A DNA stretch of 64,000 bases from Scenedesmus sp. PABB004 (Eukaryota). Of this stretch, positions 35,989 through 47,996 are shown piece after piece. The notes beneath the pieces are model-generated. The model did not search any database. It was not told where the DNA came from and saw only the letters and a list, made by a program, of their open reading frames with translations. The position numbers and the translations under genes are program-made. Position 1 is the first letter of the stretch. Every line of letters begins with the position of its first letter. The stretch spans positions 248,001 through 312,000 of the forward strand of contig JABVCE010000026.1 in assembly GCA_014905635.1 (NCBI GenBank), written 5' to 3'.

Positions 35989-37814
35989 GGCCGCGTGCTC
36001 GACCACGGCCGCCAGCACGCCCTCGCTCTCGGCCAGCAGCAGCTTGTGCTCCAGCCGCGCCTCCAGCGCCGCACGCCGCACCGCCACGGCCAGCGCGTCG
36101 TCGCTGCCGGCGGGGGGCGGCTCGCGCGCGCGCAGCGCCGCGAGCTCCGCGCCGTCCTCGGCGGCGCTCGTCCCTGCGAGCGCCAGCATCTGGCGCACCT
36201 GGCTCAGCATCAGCTGTCCCATGTAGCGCTGCGTGGCGAGCGCGCGGGGGCCGCCCCCGCTGGGCGACGCGGCAACCGGCAGCGCGTCGGCTGCGGCGCG
36301 CCGCCGCGCGCCGCGCAGCCCGTCGCCGCTGCCGCCGCCGCCGCCGCCGCCGCGCGGCAGCGCGCCCGCCGCGGCCTCGGCCGCGCGCAGCAGCTCCGCG
36401 TCAAAGCCGGCGCCGGCGCCGCCCGCGGCGGCAGCCGCGGCGGCCGCAAACACCGGCGCCAGCAGCTGCGCGTCGGCGGCGTTGCCGGGCAGCGTGAAGC
36501 CGTAGCAGCTCGCGAGCGACAGGTTGCTCTTGTTGCTGCCGTAGCTGATGCTGGCCTCCTCGCCGGCGCGGATGCGCGCGCCGGCGGCGACGTCGAAGCT
36601 GCGGCGGCGGCCGGCCGGCCGCGCGCGCGCGCACGCGTGGCGTGAGCCAGCGCGGGCGGGCTCACGCGGCGCGCCTGCGGGCCGCGCGCGTGCGGCGCGG
36701 CGCACCAGCCGGCCGCCCAGTCCACGCGAAAGTCGCAGTTGGGGGCCGGGCTGTGGTTCAGCAGGTCCACCCAGGGCACCATCAGCAGCACCACGCGCGC
36801 CTCGTCGTCGTCGCCGGGCTCCAGCTCCGCGGCCGCGGCGGCGGCGGTGCTGCTCTTGTTGCTGTCGGCGCGCGGCGGCTGTTCGCTGGCCCCTGCCGGC
36901 AGCGGCCGGCCAAACGTGCGCGACTTGACCAGGCCCAGCGCCCACGCTGCGTCGCGCTCCGGCACCGCGCCGCCGAGCGCGCGGCCGCACTGCGCCTGCA
37001 CCTCCAGCAGCAGCTGCCGCTGCGACACGGCCAGGGCCTGCGCGGCGCGGGCGCGGCGCCGGCGGCGCCGCGCTCGCGCGCCGCCGCCGCCGCGGCCAGC
37101 CGGCTGCGTGCGCCGCGCCGCCGCCGCGGGCGCCGCTGCTGCCGCCGCACCTTGAGCGCTCCAAACTGCAGCTGCTCCGCCTCTTCGGGGCTGAAGCAGA
37201 AGAAGGAGGGCGTCCCCTCGGGCCGCGGCAGCGCGGCACAGTAGGCCGCCCACAGGCTGCCCGGCGGCGCGGCGCGCGCGAGGTGCAGCAGCCAGGCGGC
37301 GAGCTTGGCCTCCCAGGGGCACGCCGCGTCTGCGGCGCGGCGAGGCGGCGCGGCGCCCGTGTGGGAGGGGGGGGGGGGGGGAGCGCGCCCGCGGCGGCCG
37401 CGCCAGCGCCACGCGGCCAGGCGCGCGCGGCGCACCCAGCACCAGCTCCAGCAGCGCGGGCGGCAGCTCCCCGTGCTGCGCCTGCCAGGACGCCAGAGCG
37501 CGCCGCGCCGCCGCCGCAGCCGCCGCGCTGCCCAGCGCGCGGGGGACCTGCAGCACGCTGTGCAGCGGCACGCGCGCCACCAGCTCGCCCGGCGCCAGGT
37601 CGCGCACCGCTAGCAGGCCGCGGTGGCCCGCCGGCGTGGCGCCGGCACGCGCGCCGCGTGCCGCGTCGACGCGCGCGAGCGCCTCTAGGGCTGCCGTGGC
37701 CCCGGGTTCGTTGATGGCCGCCGCGGATGCGGCCGCCGGCGGCCGGCGCAGAGCCGGGCGCGCCGCCGCCGCCAGCAGCGGCGGCCGGCAGGACCGCTGC
37801 CGGGGGGAGTGCAT
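35920..37814 (-). CDS. SET-domain protein-lysine methyltransferase (Rubisco LSMT/SETD3-like), probably plastid
   Basis: GHRGLLAVRDLAPGELVARVP, SLWAAYCAALP, WALGLVKSRTF, MVPWVDLLNHS, AGEEASISYGSNKSNLSLASCYGF. Confidence 0.9.
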
Positions 37815-38044
37815 CGTCGGGCGCATTTCTGGCGTGCTACCCCAGCGGAGTGCGGGGCGCGCGGGCAGCAGGCGGGCACTCGCGCAGCGGAGCGTCGCGC
37901 GGCGTGTCAGGGCGGCGGCGCGACACGCACGAACAGCCCCTTGCCCGACCTCACACCCACCCGCGCGCGCGATACATCGGTCTTGCATACCGCGAACGTC
38001 CGCCCGACACCCGCCAGCGCGGAGGAGCAGCGGCAGCAGCGGCG

Positions 38045-39008
38045 ATGCTCGCGGCGCGGCGGCTGCCGTGCGCGTGCGCGGTGGCGGCACCGCGCGCCCA
38101 GCAGGCGGCGGTGCCGTCGGCGGCGGCAAGGGCCCCCGCCCGAGCGGCGGCGGCCGCGCTGCTGCGGCGGCTCGCGGGCGGCGCGGCGGCGGCCGCGCTC
38201 GCAGCGGGCCTGCTGCTGTCGCCGGCGGCGCCCGCAGGGGCCGCGGCGGCGCCGCCGCAGCTGGCGGACTTGCTTGCCGACGACTATAAGTCGTTTCTCA
38301 AACCCGACCGCGCGGGCGTCGTGACGCGCAACGAGCTGCAGCAGCTGGTCAGGGAGATCAGCAAGGAGGAAAACCTCCCGCTCGTGGACGGCGAGCAGCT
38401 CGACTTTTCGCTGAAGCTCTTCGACCTCAACCAGGCGCGCCACGCGGCGCGCCCGCCGCCCGCCCGCCGCCGGAGCGCCAGCGCCAGCGCACGCGGGCGC
38501 CGCACGCGGGCGCCCGCACCGCCGGCCGCGCCCACGCGCGCGGCGGCGCGCTCTTGCAGGACGGCACGCTGACGACGGAGGAGCTGCTGCGCGCGCTCGT
38601 GCTGGACGGCGCGGTCGACGACGACGCGGTGGATGCAGACGTGTTCCGAGTCTTCGACACGTGCGCGCCGCGGGGCGGGGCGCCGGCGCGTGCCGCGGCG
38701 CCGCGCTCCCGCTGCCAGCACTGGCGCGCCGCGCCGCGCCGGCGCCGGGCCGCCCCGCGCCGCGCCGGCGCCGGCGCCGGGCGACGCCGCGGCCGCCCGC
38801 CCCCCGCCGCCGCCGCAGCAACGGCAACGGCACGGTCGAGGCGGGCGAGTTCCGCCGCGCGCTGGGCGACCTGGGCCCCAACGGGGAGAGCGCGAAGGAC
38901 TTTGTGTTCTCGCGCGTCGACGCGCTCAGCGGCAGCGGCGGCAGCCTCGGCACGAGCGCCTTTGGCAACGCGCTCGTGCTCATGCGCGCCGTGCTGCTGG
39001 GTTACTAA
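38045..39008 (+). CDS. EF-hand calcium-binding protein with plastid/thylakoid-lumen-type presequence, 3 exons
   Basis: EF loops DLNQDGTLTTEE and DTNGNGTVEAGE plus two degenerate hands; N-terminus ...LLRRLAGGAAAAALAAGLLLSPAAPAGAAA; TGTAA at 39029. Confidence 0.85.
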
Positions 39009-39028
39009 GGGGCGGCGCGGCGGCGCGC

Positions 39029-39033
39029 TGTAA
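39029..39033 (+). terminator. TGTAA polyadenylation signal
   Basis: About 20 nt after the TAA stop of the EF-hand gene. Confidence 0.45.
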
Positions 39034-39304
39034 CGTGGCTGGGCAACCCCCCGGGCTGTGCTCGGCGACGAGCGCGCAACGCCCTGTTGGCCCGCGCGGC
39101 GGCGCGGCCGCCAGGGCTCGCCGCAGCCTGGGCCCCGGCGGCGGCGGCGGCGGCACCAGCCACCGGCCCGCCCCTGGCGTGCGGTTCAGAGCGGCCCGGT
39201 GCGCCGACCGCACCCCGATCGGCAGGCATTCCGCGTGCCGGCACCCGGAGGCGCGTGGGCCGGCCGCAAATCGCGCGCAGCGATTTCCCTGGCGCCCGGG
39301 CGCC

Positions 39305-42146
39305 ATGGCGGCCAAGGTGCCCGCGGGCGGCCGGCTGGACAGCACCGTGTCGGTGAGCAGCACGGCGGGCCTGCTGCAGAGCGACGCGCAGCGCCTGGAC
39401 GCGATTTACGGCAAGGTCTCGCGCCGCGTGCTGGTGATGTTCTTCTTCGTGATGGTGCTGAACCAGATAGACCGCACCAACCTGGCGTACGCGGCGCTGT
39501 CCATGAACCGGTGCGCGGCGCGCGCCGGGGCGCGTTGGCCCGCAGCGCATGGCCTCCGGCGCCGCCGTGCGCCCCGGGCGGGGCCTCCCGGGGCGCCCGC
39601 TCACTCCCGTCGCGCATGGCGGGGCCCCTGCCACACTCAGGGACCTCGGGTTCGACCCGAAGACCTACGGTGCGCGCGCCCGCGGCCGGCAGCAGCGGCG
39701 TGCGGCGCCGGTGCCGCCGGGTGCCGCCGCCGCCGAGCGCGGCGCCGCGCCCGCAGCGCCGCCGGGCGCGATCCCGGATGCTAGAACATGCAAACCAGCC
39801 CGGGGTCGCCGCCCGGGGGCGCCCGCGCGCCGGGCTCACGGCCGCGCCCCGCCCTGCGCCGCGCAGGCCTGGGCTCGGCTCTCTTCTTCCTTCCTTTCTG
39901 CGTGCTGCAGGTGCGCGGGCGGCCCGCACGCATGCAGCGCGCGCGCCGGCAGGCAGACGCGGCGGCAGCGGCCCACGCACGCCGCCGCGCCGCCGCGGCC
40001 GCAGGTCCCCTCCAACCTGGTCATGCTGCGCGTCGGCGTGCGCCGCTGGCTCGCGTTCCTGCTGCTCGGCTGGGGCGTCGTCGCGTCCTGCTTCGCGCTC
40101 ATCCACAACCGGGCCAGCTTCTTCACGCTGCGCATACTGCTGGGCGTGTTTGAGGCCGGTGCGCCGCGCGCGCCGCCGCGGCGGGCCGCGGCGGGCACAC
40201 GGGGGCCCGCCCGGGGGGACGCGGGCGCCGAGGCTCGCGGGGCGCGCCGGCGCAGCGCGCACGCGCGCCGGGGCGCGCCGCCGCAGCAGGCGGGCGCGCC
40301 GGCGGCGGGCGCGGCGGGGCGCCGAGCGGCGCCGCCGCCCCGCCGCGCAGGCGCGGTGCCGGCCATGTGGTACCACCTCTCTCAGTTCTACCCCCAAGAG
40401 CGGTGCGGCGCCGCGCTGCCGCTGCTCCCCCCCCCCTTGTCTGGGCGCGGCGCTGGGGCGCCGGGCGCGCCCGCCCGCCGCCCGCCCGCCGGCCGCGCTG
40501 CTCTGCTCCCCTGCCCCGCCTGGTCGTGTGCGTGTGAACAACACGTGCGTGCCAACAACGCACGCAGGCTGACCAAGCCCTACATGTACCTCACCGTCGG
40601 CATCCTCATCAGCCAGATCGCCGGCGGGCCGCTCGCGGCGGGCTTCCTCGCGATGGACGGCCTCGGCGGCCTGCGCGGCTGGCAGGCGCGGCGACGCGCG
40701 GGGGCGTCGGCGCGGCAGGGGGCGTCGGCGGCGCGGCGACGCGACGGCGACGCGGCGCGGCGCGCCGACGCTGCACGGCGCCGCGCGCGCGCCGCCCGTG
40801 CCCCGCCCGCGCAGTGGCTGTTCCTGCTGGAGGGCATCCCCACCGTGCTGATGAGCGTGCTGATCGGGCTGCTGCTGCCCGACTGCCCCCGCGCCGCGAC
40901 GTGGCTGAGCGACAGCGAAAAGGCGCTGTGGGAGGCGGACGTGAGCGGGCGCGCGGCGCGCCGCCGCCGCCGCCACGGCCGCCGCGGCCGCAGAGCCCCG
41001 CTCGCCGGCGCCGCGCGCGCCGCGCGGACGCGCCGCCGCCGCCGCGCCCTCGCGCCGCCGCCGCCGCCGCCGCCGCCGCGCGCAGATTGCGGAGCACCTG
41101 CGGCACAGCCCGCCGCGCGAGCGCATCCCGCGCAGCCCCGCCAAGCTGCTGCGCCTCGCCGGCAGCAACCCGCTGCTGCTCTACCTCTGCGCGCTCGGCA
41201 TCATGCAGTCGGCGACGAGCCACACCTACATCCTGTGGCTGCCGACCATCATCGACGCGCTGCTCCGCGGCGGCGCGCTCGCGTCGGGCGCGGGCAAGGC
41301 CGCCGCCGGGGCCAAGGGCCTCTCGCTCATGCCGGTCGTGCTCACCGCGGTGCCCTACACCGCGGGCGCGCTCGCCGCGTGGGTCGTCGCCGCGAGCAGC
41401 CAGCGCCGGCGCGAGGTCTACTACCACGCCGTCGCGTGCATGGCCTTTGCGGGCGCGTGGTTTGTGGTCTTCCCCTACCTCACCAAGGCCTCCATCTACG
41501 CGGGCTTCATCGCGCTCGTCATGGTCGCCGCGGGCGGCGCCGCCGCGGTCAGCCCCGTCGTCGCGCTCGTCGCGCGCATCAGCCGCGGCCCCGCGCAGGT
41601 CGTGGGCATGCCGCTCTTCAACTCCATCTCCGTCATCGGCGGCTTCATTGGTGCGGCGCCCCGCCGCCCCGCTGCCGCCGCGCGCCGGCGCGCGACCCCG
41701 GGCCCGGCGCGCGACCCCGGGCGCGGCGCGACCCTGGGCGCGCTGCACGGCGCACTGGCGCCGACGCCGACGCCGACGCCGCGCCGGCTCCGGCGCCGCG
41801 CGCCGCGCGCCGCGCCGCAGGGCCCTACCTGACTGGCGCGATCGTGCAGAGCAGCTCGCAGGGCTTCACGGTCGTGAGCATCGTCATGGGCGCGCTCATC
41901 CTGGTGAGCGGCGCGCTCACGCTCGCGCTCAAGCCCCTGGAGGCGCTGCGCAGCCGGCGCCTCGCGGCGCGCGGCATCGACGAGGAGGCGCGCTGGGCCG
42001 AATTTTGCGAGCCCGAGCTCCCCGTGAGCCGCAAGCAGAGCGGCGTCGACGCGCCGCCGCGCAACGGCGCCGTGGTGACGCCCGACGGCGACGCCGCGGC
42101 CGGCGTGCGCGCGCGGCCGGCGCACGCCCCCGCCGGCGGCCTGTGA
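39305..42146 (+). CDS. MFS transporter, anion:cation symporter (tartrate/phthalate permease-like), about 10 exons
   Basis: LNQIDRTNLAYAALSMNRDLGF, GLGSALFF...QVPSNLVMLRVGVRRWL, LRILLGVFEAGAVPAMWYHLSQFYP, GLGGLRGWQWLFLLEGIP, LLPDCPRAATWL, FNSISVIGGFIGPYLTG. Confidence 0.93.
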
Positions 42147-43279
42147 CCGGCGCGCGTGCGCTGGGGCCGCGGCGGCTGACGGCGCCGCTGGCCGGCCGGA
42201 CGCCGCGCGAGCTGCGAGCCGCCGGCGCGCCGAACGAGGTTGGTCCCGTGCGATCGGTGCGTATTTGGGGTGTGCAGCGCCCACGCGCCGACGCGTGGGG
42301 CGCGCAAGCACTGCGTGTGGTTTGAACGGGGTCGGGCGGCCCCGAGCTGCGGCGCCGGCTCAGTTGCATTTTTTCCCGCGCGCACCATTCTTCTAAAACG
42401 GTTGCGGACCAAACGTCGCCCAGTGCCCAATGCCACCAAACAGGGAGCTGGTCACGCGGGCGGGGGCGCGCCCACGGCGCTGCGGCCGCAACGGCAACGG
42501 CAGCGCCGCCGCGTGCGCGGCTGGCTGGCCGGCGCCGGCGCGTCGTTGCAATGACCAAGCTCGCTGAGCAGCAGCGCGCACGCCTGCCCATGATTGCAGT
42601 GAGCGCAGCGCATGCGCTTGGACCGCGGGGGAGTGGGTTGGAACGCGCGCCGGCCTCTCGCTCCTGAGCTCCGGGGAGGCTCGAGGCGGTGGCGAGCGCG
42701 GCGGGGCGCTGGCTGGCTGGCGCGGGGCTCAAAGCCAGGGAGGGGCAGCATCACGCGTGTGATTGGGGCGCGCGGCCAGGAGCGGGCGGGGCGTTTCCTG
42801 TGCGCGCGTGCGTGGGGCCGCGTCTGCGTCGGTGCGTCGGTGACGGCCCGTCAGCCGAGAGCAGCCGGCCCGTTGGCCGACTCTCAACCCAGCTCGCGCC
42901 CTCCACGCACATACACCGCACGCAGCTGCAGCCGCCGCCGCAGGCCCCGCGCGCCGCAGCTGCACCGCACGCGACCGCCGCTGCCCCGGCACCGGCGCCG
43001 GCGCGCTTCCGCGCGTGCAGAGATCATCCTCTTCTTCCTCCACGCGGGCACCGCCGGGCCTGCGCCGCCTGGCAGGCGCGCACGCGTCCCGAACGGCCTC
43101 GGCAGCACTCCCAGCTCTGCTGAAGCGAAGGTGCGCGGCCCTGCCCTGGCAGCGACGCGGATAGGCCGCTGTGGTGGTGCCTGTCGCGCGGGCAGGAGGG
43201 CGGGCGCGCCGGGGCCGACCAGCGCGCCGACGCCGCGCGCCGCTGCTGCCGCCGCTGCCGCAGCGCGCGGGCCGCCGCG

Positions 43280-43918
43280 ATGCCGCCGGAGTCGCCCTTC
43301 CCGCTGCTCACGCTGCCGGACCTGGTGCTGCAGCACGTGCTGGGTTTCCTGTCGCTGCTCGAGCGCAAGGCGGTGCGCGCGACGTGCCGCCGCCTCGCGC
43401 GCGTCGCGTCGGCCGCCGTGCGCCACTTCCACGTCGAGAAGCCGCCCGGCGACTCGTACCTGGAGTACCTGGGCCTGCAGGAGCGCTTCCCAAACATCGG
43501 GGTGCGCGCCGGCGGCGGCGGCGGCGGCGGCGCGCGCCGCGCGCTGCACGCACCGCCGCGCACGCACGCGCACACGCGTGCCGCCCCGCGCCGCCCCCGC
43601 CGCAGGTGATCAGCCTCGCGGACGAGCTCGTGGCGGACCGGCCGTTTGCGGCGCTCGTGACGCTCGCGCTGTGCCGGCTGAAGAACCTCACCGCGCTGCT
43701 GCTGCTCAACGGCGGCATGGCGCTCAGCGCGGCGGGCATGGCGACGCTGAGCCAGTGCCGGCACATACGGCAGCTCGCGCTCGCGCCGCCGTGCGCGTCC
43801 AAGGGCCCGCTGCTGGCGGCCAACACGCAGGCGGTCGCCACGATCCTGGGCCAGCTGCCGGGCCTCACGCACCTGCTGCTCGCGCCGAGCCAGGCCGAGG
43901 ACGACGACGACGACGCGC

Positions 43919-43955
<37 letters not shown>

Positions 43956-44317
43956 GCTGGCGGGGCCGGCGCTCGGCGCCGGCGGCCAGCCGCGCGACTG
44001 GCAGCTCGGCGAGGCGGCGCTCAGGTGGGGTCGCGCGAGGCAGAAGGGGGGAGGTGTGGGGCGGCGGCGGTTCGCTCCCTCACGCATGCACACACGCTCA
44101 CCGCGCCCGCAGGGCGCTGGGCAACCTGCACGGCCTGGTGCAGCTGGAGGTCGGCTGCGACCCGGCGGGCCTGACGGAGCTGGCCAGCCTGGCGGCGCTC
44201 AGCAACCTGCGGCGCCTCGCGCTGCGCGGCCTCAGCCTGGAGGCAGGTGGGCGGCGGCGGCGGCCGCGTGGCGGCAGCGTGGCCGGCCGCACGGCGCGCA
44301 CGGCGCGCCCATCGCCC

Positions 44318-44351
<34 letters not shown>

Positions 44352-45828
44352 AGGTGAGCGCCTCGGCGTGCTGCCCGGCCTCCCCGCGCTGCGCAGCCTG
44401 TCGCTGGCAGGCAGCGCGATCGGGGAGGACAGCTTGGCGGCCGTGGGGCGCTGCACCAAGCTCACGCGCCTGGAGCTGCAGGTCCGCGGGCCGCGGCGCC
44501 CGCGCGCCGCGGCCGCAGCGCCACGCTTGCCGCTGCACCGCGCTCGCCGCCGCGGCGACACGCGCCCCGCCCGCCGCGGCAGGGCTGCCACCGGCTGCGC
44601 GAGGGCGCGCTGTCGCACCTGGTGCCGCTGCACCAGCTGGCCAACCTGCGGTGCAGCATGGCGCTGAGCGAGAGCGGGCTGTCGCTGCTGGTTGCGGCCG
44701 CGGGCGCCCGCCTTGTCGCGCTCGAGGTGGACAGCCTCGCGCTGCTCGGCCCGCCCGACGCCCACGCGCCGGGCGGCGGTGGCGCCCCGGCGGCGGCCGC
44801 GGCGTTTGGGCAGCTCGGGCCGCAGCTGCCCGCGCTGCGCGCGCTGCGCCTGCGCCGCCTGCCGAGCGCGAGCCCGCAGCTGTGGCAGCTCGCGCCGGGG
44901 CTGACGTCGCTGGTGGTGTGGGGCGAGGCGAACAACGCGGGCCTCGCGCGCGCGTTCTCGGGGCACTGCGCGCTGCGGCGCCTCGCGCTCTGCTGCGAGA
45001 CGACCAGCGACGCCGGCCTCGCGGCGCTCAGCAGCCTGACGCGCCTGACCGACCTCGCGCTCGTTGACGGCGCCAGCCTCTCGCCATATCGACTCATCAG
45101 CGTGGTGCAGCGCCTGCCGCGCCTGCAGGTGACGCGGCGCGCGCGCGCCGGGGCGGGCGCCCGCGGGGCGGCGCGCCTGCCGGCCCGGGCCGCCCCGCCG
45201 CGCCGCCGACGGGCGCCGCCCCCGCCGCGCGGGCGCCGCTGGCGGCGCGCAGGTGCTGCAGCTGTCGCACATGGCGCACCTTGGCGACGAGGGCCTCGCC
45301 CACCTGGTCGCGGCGGCGCGGGGGCTGACCGCGCTGGGCCTGCAGGAGCCGGGGCGCGTGTCGGAGGCGGGCTTTGCCCTGCTCGGCGCCCTGCCCGCGC
45401 TCGCCGCACTCTGGGTGGACTGCTGCAAGCTCGGCGGCGCCGTGCTGGTGGGCCTCGCGTGCGCGCCCGCGCTGCGCCGGCTCGAGGTGCACAGCAGCCA
45501 CCCCGAGGCGGAGGCGCTGAGCGCGAAGCAGCTGGAGCTGCTGGCGCGCGTCAAGGGGCCGTGGCTCGAGGTCGCGCTGCGCCCCGGGCCGCGCCCGCGC
45601 GCGGAGCTGCTCGCGCCGCTGCGCGCCGCGCCGGGCGGCTGGCCCGGCGCCGGCGCGGAGGGCGGGGCGGAGCTGCTGCTGCCGGACCAGGGCCTGCGGC
45701 GCTGGCCGACCGGCTCGTGGGCGGCGGCCGCGCCCGCCGCGGCGCCGCCGCCCGCGCCGGGCGGCGGCGGCGGCGCGGCCGCCGCCGCGCACGGCGGCCT
45801 GGAGGCCCTGGGCGACCTGCAGCTGTGA
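43280..45828 (+). CDS. F-box/leucine-rich-repeat protein
   Basis: F-box: FPLLTLPDLVLQHVLGFLSLLERKAVRATCRRL; many LxxLxxLxL repeats (LAALSNLRRLAL, LSSLTRLTDLAL, HLGDEGLAHL). Confidence 0.85.
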
Positions 45829-46390
45829 GCTGGGCGCGAGGCAGCGGCGAGCGAGGCCGCCGGCGCCGAGTTACCGGCGGCACCGGCGGCACCGGCGGCC
45901 GCGCAGCGCGGGCGGCGCGGCCGCACCGGCGCGGCGCTGCGGTGCCGCGGCCGTGCGCTGGCGGCCCCGGCGTGCTCGGCTCGTGCCCGGACGGGGCGAC
46001 GGGGCGCCACGAGCGAGCGCGCGCACGGGTCCCCGCCTGGTGCGTCGTCTCACCCGTGCTGACCGGCCCGCGGCGCCCCGGCCGGTCGTTTGTCGCGGGG
46101 AGCGCGCGACGCGCGACCGCCGCGGCCGGGGAGCGGGGAGCGGGCGGGCGCTAGGGTCCTGGCACCGCGCGGTGGTGCTTCTCGGAACGCCGGTGAGGCG
46201 CCGCGTGACGCGGGCCCCGCCACGCACTCGTCCGCGCGCTCACGCGACGCGCACGCAGCGGAGCAGTCCGGCGCGCGCAGCAGCGAGCAGGCCGCCCGCG
46301 CCAGGGCGCCCCGGCGCACCCGCGCGCCTGAGGGCCTCGGCCGGCTGCCAGGGCGTCGTCGATCGCGGCCATGAGGGCGCCCAGCGCGCC

Positions 46391-46796
46391 ATGAGCAGCG
46401 ACAGCGCCGGCGGGGGCGGGGCCGCGGGCAAGGCGCTGTCAGAGGCCGAGCGGGAGCGCCTCAAGCGCCAGTATCGGTGCGGGCGCGGGACGCGGGGCAC
46501 GATCCGGGCGCCCGCGGCCGGCGCCGGGCGCGCGGCGCGCCGGGGTGCCCGCTTGCGCAGCTTTGGCGCGCCGCGGGGCGCCGCCCAGCGCCCGCACGGC
46601 CCCGCGCAGGGGAGTATTTTGGGACCGCAAGACGCGGCGCTGGCGGTGCCAGCTGGGCTACCAGAGCAAGAAAATTTTCCTGGGCTACTTTGACGATGCC
46701 GCCGAGGCCGCGCGCGCGTATGACCAGAAGCTCGTCGAGCTGCGCGGCGCCGGAGGTGCGGCGTGGCCCCGCTGCGCGCGCGCCGGCGGCGGCCCC

Positions 46797-46829
<33 letters not shown>

Positions 46830-47929
46830 GGCGCGCGCTGCTGCTGCTGTCGCGCGCGGCGCCGCGCGGGCGGCCGGCGAGCGGCCGCTCGCGCCGCGCG
46901 CGCCGCCAGCCCGTGCCCGGCGCCGCCAGCGTCGAGGGGGGCATGGTGGCGGCGCGCCCGCCCGCCCGCGCCGCGCGGGGGCCGGCTGCCCGCCCCCGTT
47001 GACCGGCCGCGCCGCGCCGCCCGCCCGCGCCGCGCCGGCGCACTGCAGCGCGCACCAACTTTCCCATCACCGACTACCTGGACGTGATGCAGGCGCCCGA
47101 GGCGGCGCGCGCGCGCAGCGGCGCGGCGCGCGCGTCGTCGCGCGCCAAGCGCGCCAAGCGCGGCAGCAGCGGGAGCGCCGCGGCGGCGACCGCCGCCGCG
47201 GACGACGAGGACGACGGCGACGACGACGATGACGACGGCGCTGGCGGCGCAGGCGACGGCGGCGCCGACGGCGCGGCGCACGACGACCCCGCCGGCGGCG
47301 GCGACCCCGACGGCGGCGGCGGCGGCGACCAGGGCGCGCCCGGCGCGGCGCAGCAGCTGGCGCGCGCGGTGGCGCAGCAGGCGCAGCAGCAGACGGCGTC
47401 GTCCGCGGCCGCGGTGGCCGCGGCGGCGGTGGCAGAGGCGGTCGGGGGCATGCTGGCGGGCGGCGGCGGCCTGGGCGGCGCGGGCGCCGGCGCGGCCCGC
47501 CTGCCCTCCGCCGCGCCGCTGGACACCGGCCTGCCCGGCGAGCAGCCGCCCAGCTCGTCCGCGCTCGCCGCGGCGCAGCACGCGCTCGAGGCGCGGCGCA
47601 GCTTTGACGGCAGCTACGGCCGCGGCGCCGGCGCGGCGCCGGCCGCGTCGGCGGCGCTCTCGGCGCAGCAGCCCTTCACGGGCGGCTTCAACCTCGCCGC
47701 GGCGGCCGCCGCCGTCGCCGCGGCCGCGGGCGTCGGGCACGGCGCGGGCGCGGACGCCGGCGCGGCCGACCCGGGCTCGGCGGGCGGCGCGAGCAGCGCG
47801 GCGGCAGCGGCCGCGGCCGCGCTCTTTGGCGGCGGCCAGCACCGGCACAGCAGCAGCGGGCACGACGCGTTCCTGGGCGCCGGCAGGGGGGGCCAGCAGC
47901 ACCAGCAGCACCACCAGCAGCAGCACCAC

Positions 47930-47996
<67 letters not shown>

